From a virus, in the IMG/VR virus record IMGVR_UViG_3300045988_041681, positions 1 through 42,850 of that record: 42,850 nt of DNA; one strand, given 5' to 3'. The position numbers and the translations under genes are program-made. The notes under the pieces were generated by a model that was not told the DNA's origin, searched no databases, and saw only the letters and a program-made list of their open reading frames with translations. Position 1 is the first letter of the stretch; each line of letters begins with the position of its first letter. Below, in pieces: positions 40,338 to 42,850 of this stretch.

Positions 40338-42038
40338 TTAATCCTCATAATCGTCGCTGTCTTCTTCTTCCTCATCATCATAAAGACCGTCATTTCTTCG
40401 GCTGGTCATGATAATCCTGTTTAATGCATAAATGTTTGCCATGATCGTATCTTCTTCTAAGGTCGGGTATGCATCCGAAAATGAACCATCTGGAAGCTGC
40501 TCATGTTCTGCTTTTACAAACTCTTTTTCTGTATTCGGGCATCGCTCTGGATCAATCACGATCTTATTACATCGCTGAAGCCACTCCCAGCAGTAATCTC
40601 TGCCTTTTCCGCTTCCCCATCTTTTCTTTGCCCCAATCGCATTGAATCCCCAGTCCTGCATCTCTGCTATTCCGTCCGGTCTGGCAGAATCGCAAATGAT
40701 CTCTACATTCATAAACTTCTTTATCTTTCTGGCAAAGGTAGAGTTTTTACATTTTTTAGAATACACTTCGCCGAAAATGTAAAGTGTGTCCGTTTCGTAA
40801 TCATAATAATTCTGACTGAATACCTGTGGGTGTGTATATCCGAAGTCTAAGCCGTGGTTTACTGTATCGAATGTCATTAACTCATCATCCGATATTTTTC
40901 TGATTTCTAAATTGTCAAAGATGCCTCCGCCTGTTCCAGTGACTTCTCCGAGATAATTATTTTTATAATATAATGGCTTATGAATCCTGAACCACTCCGC
41001 ACGTTCGAAGAATCGTTTTCCTAACCATTTCACTGGGACGTTATAATAATAACTGTGGCAGATCCGTGCCTGTGGCTTATTTCTGCATTCTTCGGTATAC
41101 TCATTCATAAAATTGTTTTTTGACTTCGGAGGGTTGAAGATTTTTATGTCGAGTGCTGGCGTATCTGCTCGCAGAAATGTATCCTCGATGTTATCCATCT
41201 GCTCAACTCCTGCCATCTCATCGCACTCCTCGTGAATTAAAAGCTTTACATATCCGAATGGCACGTTGAACGATTTCAAGCTGATTGGCTTATCTGCTCC
41301 GGCAAACATGACCATTTGCCCGGTTGGTTTATAAACCGCACACATTGGGGATTGTTTAAAATCCCAGTTATCCAGATCCTGATATCTTATTACTGTTTTC
41401 ATAAACTGATTATACACCGAGCTTCTTAAGTCGACTTTAAATCTTCTGGTGTATACGACATGCGCCTGTGGATCTTGTCTGATCGTCTCATATGCAAGAT
41501 TTCCCCAAAAATTGGACTTAATAGAACCACGACCGCCCTTAGAAATTATCTCATGCACATCTATCTCTCCGGCAAAGGCTTCATGTACAGTTCTGTAAAT
41601 TTCCACAAAGTCGCTTGTTATATCTGTGATCGGGATCGTCCAGAGTGCCGATTTCTCTCTCTTTTCCTTTTCCTCTCGCTCGATCTTCTGCTTTTCTGCT
41701 ATGGTCAGTGCTTTTTCCAAACCGTCCATAGCCTTAAGCTGATCTGAGAAATCCGGGGCGAATCCCAGTCCGTCCACAACTTCGCCCTTTGCAATTTTAC
41801 TTCTGCGCTCCTGTATTTCTGCTAGCGACATGATATCCCGGTGCTGTTCTTTCTCGATGCGCTGCATCTGATTTTCTATATATGCTAAAACTTCAACATT
41901 TTTCAGCAGACGCTGTCCCTGAGAATATGCTGTCTTAGAAGAATATTCGGCGGATATCGCAGCTTGAGTAGCATTCCCGCCATTTTTTATATACTCGTCT
42001 GCAAATGCTTTCCGTTTCTGTGTGAGTTTTCCCTTCAT
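40338..42038 (-). CDS. Terminase: N-terminal small-subunit (Terminase_2-like HTH) domain fused to a PBSX-type large subunit
   Basis: Residues 1-60, KRKAFADEYIKNGGNATQAAISAEYSSKTAYSQGQRLLKN, are TerS-like. Walker A GGRGSIKS at about residue 170 and the nuclease region that follows are TerL-like. Confidence 0.85.
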   Translation of the reverse strand: MKGKLTQKRKAFADEYIKNGGNATQAAISAEYSSKTAYSQGQRLLKNVEVLAYIENQMQRIEKEQHRDIMSLAEIQERRSKIAKGEVVDGLGFAPDFSDQLKAMDGLEKALTIAEKQKIEREEKEKREKSALWTIPITDITSDFVEIYRTVHEAFAGEIDVHEIISKGGRGSIKSNFWGNLAYETIRQDPQAHVVYTRRFKVDLRSSVYNQFMKTVIRYQDLDNWDFKQSPMCAVYKPTGQMVMFAGADKPISLKSFNVPFGYVKLLIHEECDEMAGVEQMDNIEDTFLRADTPALDIKIFNPPKSKNNFMNEYTEECRNKPQARICHSYYYNVPVKWLGKRFFERAEWFRIHKPLYYKNNYLGEVTGTGGGIFDNLEIRKISDDELMTFDTVNHGLDFGYTHPQVFSQNYYDYETDTLYIFGEVYSKKCKNSTFARKIKKFMNVEIICDSARPDGIAEMQDWGFNAIGAKKRWGSGKGRDYCWEWLQRCNKIVIDPERCPNTEKEFVKAEHEQLPDGSFSDAYPTLEEDTIMANIYALNRIIMTSRRNDGLYDDEEEEDSDDYED

Positions 42039-42304
42039 CCACTCACCGCCTTATAAATTTCAAGCAAGCAGAATATTACTTCCGGGATAGATGCCGTTTT
42101 AAGAATCTCATAATCTTCTGTTTTCCATTCTTGTCTATTTTTCTTAAAGGTGCACACTGGTGTTAGGATTCTGTAAATTGTGATCATGCGCTTCTGGTCG
42201 TCGCTATAAAATTGATTTTGGTTTATTTTTATAATCAGCCCACGCTGGACAATCGCAGTCTGAAGCTTTTTAACTTTTCCTTTTAAATTTGCCAATGCGC
42301 ACAC
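42035..42304 (-). CDS. Hypothetical protein, first gene of the late operon (start at 42304 GTG or 42295 TTG)
   Basis: GGGAGG RBS. ATGA overlap with the terminase gene. Confidence 0.5.
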   Translation of the reverse strand: MCALANLKGKVKKLQTAIVQRGLIIKINQNQFYSDDQKRMITIYRILTPVCTFKKNRQEWKTEDYEILKTASIPEVIFCLLEIYKAVSG

Positions 42305-42318
42305 CTCCCATCATTTTA

Positions 42319-42337
42319 CTTATAATTTTATTATAAG
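42319..42337. promoter_or_regulatory. 19-bp palindrome CTTATAAT-ttt-ATTATAAG in the late-operon leader
   Basis: Read directly. Contains TATAAT on both strands. No good -35 nearby. Confidence 0.4.
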
Positions 42338-42373
42338 ATATTTTTTAACTGTTTTTGTTCCATTTTTAGGCAT

Positions 42374-42402
42374 AAAAAAAGCGGCTATATTTCAAGCCGC
42401 CT
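42374..42402 (-). terminator. Rho-independent terminator
   Basis: GGCGGCT-tgaaatat-AGCCGCT, then TTTTTT, on the minus strand. Confidence 0.7.
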
Positions 42403-42406
42403 TCTC

Positions 42407-42721
42407 TTAATATCTTAAGTAATAAGTTCCCCCAAATTCATTACATTTACATTTTTCTACAGTATCATCAAAGTTCGCCTCGTTCATGGTGGCGTATCCG
42501 CTAGTACATGGAAAATTATCTTTTGTTCTAAGCCTAAAGCTCATTTCGCTCAGGCTTTCAGCTACGCAGGCTTCCCACTCATTACCGTTATCATCCGCCA
42601 CCTGCACAACGTACCCGCGTCCCCTGTTTGAAGCCCATTTAAAAGTCTCTCTTAATGTTTCAAAATCTTTTCCTTCGTCAAAAATAATACCTTCTTTATT
42701 TTTTAATACGCAACTATACAT
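42407..42721 (-). CDS. Hypothetical protein, 104 aa
   Basis: Intact ORF with AAAGGAGA RBS. In the circular map it is co-oriented with 30..284. Confidence 0.6.
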   Translation of the reverse strand: MYSCVLKNKEGIIFDEGKDFETLRETFKWASNRGRGYVVQVADDNGNEWEACVAESLSEMSFRLRTKDNFPCTSGYATMNEANFDDTVEKCKCNEFGGTYYLRY

Positions 42722-42731
42722 AATTTTATCT

Positions 42732-42850
42732 CCTTTTTTTCAAATTAATATCCTAGGTTTTTACTGGTCAATGTCCGGCAGAAATTCTCCGGTGTGTAAT
42801 TCTTCCGCAACAATCCTGTACGCTTTTCGGATTGTGCTGGCTCTATTTAC
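42732..42850 (+). repeat. Direct terminal repeat, copy 2 (identical to 1..119)
   Basis: Same 119-bp string as the window start. Confidence 0.95.

Larger units (their letters stand above)
1..42731. mobile_element. Complete temperate siphovirus-type phage genome (circularly closed or terminally redundant contig)
   Basis: Exact 119-bp overlap of the window ends. One full set of lysogeny, early/replication, packaging, head, tail and lysis modules is present. Confidence 0.85.

Overview
The window is a complete, circularly closed phage genome. Its unique length is 42,731 bp, and bases 1-119 recur exactly at 42732-42850. It looks like a temperate, AT-rich, siphovirus-type phage of a Gram-positive host; a clostridial or gut Firmicute host is an inference only. 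Nearly all genes are on the minus strand.

Late operon, reading down the minus strand from about 42304:
- a single ORF fusing the small and large terminase subunits
- SPP1-type portal and gp7-like minor head protein
- an 8-gene accessory island (36879-33397), fenced by terminators and a tRNA
- scaffold, major capsid, connectors, major tail protein, Gp15-family protein and tape measure
- distal tail and fibre genes, then a holin plus amidase-SPOR lysis cassette

A plus-strand lysogeny module (16889-19399) holds an XRE repressor, a TM2 membrane protein, a large serine integrase and a candidate attP. It faces a minus-strand early operon (16749 down to about 1892) that encodes:
- ERF, DUF1351-like, NinB-like and RusA recombination proteins
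- a replisome organizer and a DnaC-like loader
- YopX, Lar and ASCH proteins
- a PAPS-reductase-like protein, a DNA methyltransferase and an HNH endonuclease

Most interesting observations:
1. A Mu G-segment-like invertible cassette would swap the C-terminus of the distal tail fibre. It has in-frame 32-bp inverted repeats, but the genome has no small invertase gene.
2. The accessory island inside the head module encodes compositionally odd proteins and carries its own regulator.
3. A HeH-like ORF with no start codon overlaps the capsid stop at a G5 run, which suggests a -1 frameshift extension.
4. A phage tRNA carries anticodon UAU.
5. A helically phased array of TATGCGTG repeats lies near the end of the early operon.
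6. Twin palindromic operator-promoters flank a small HTH gene.

All functional calls come from reading motifs by eye. No database search was run.
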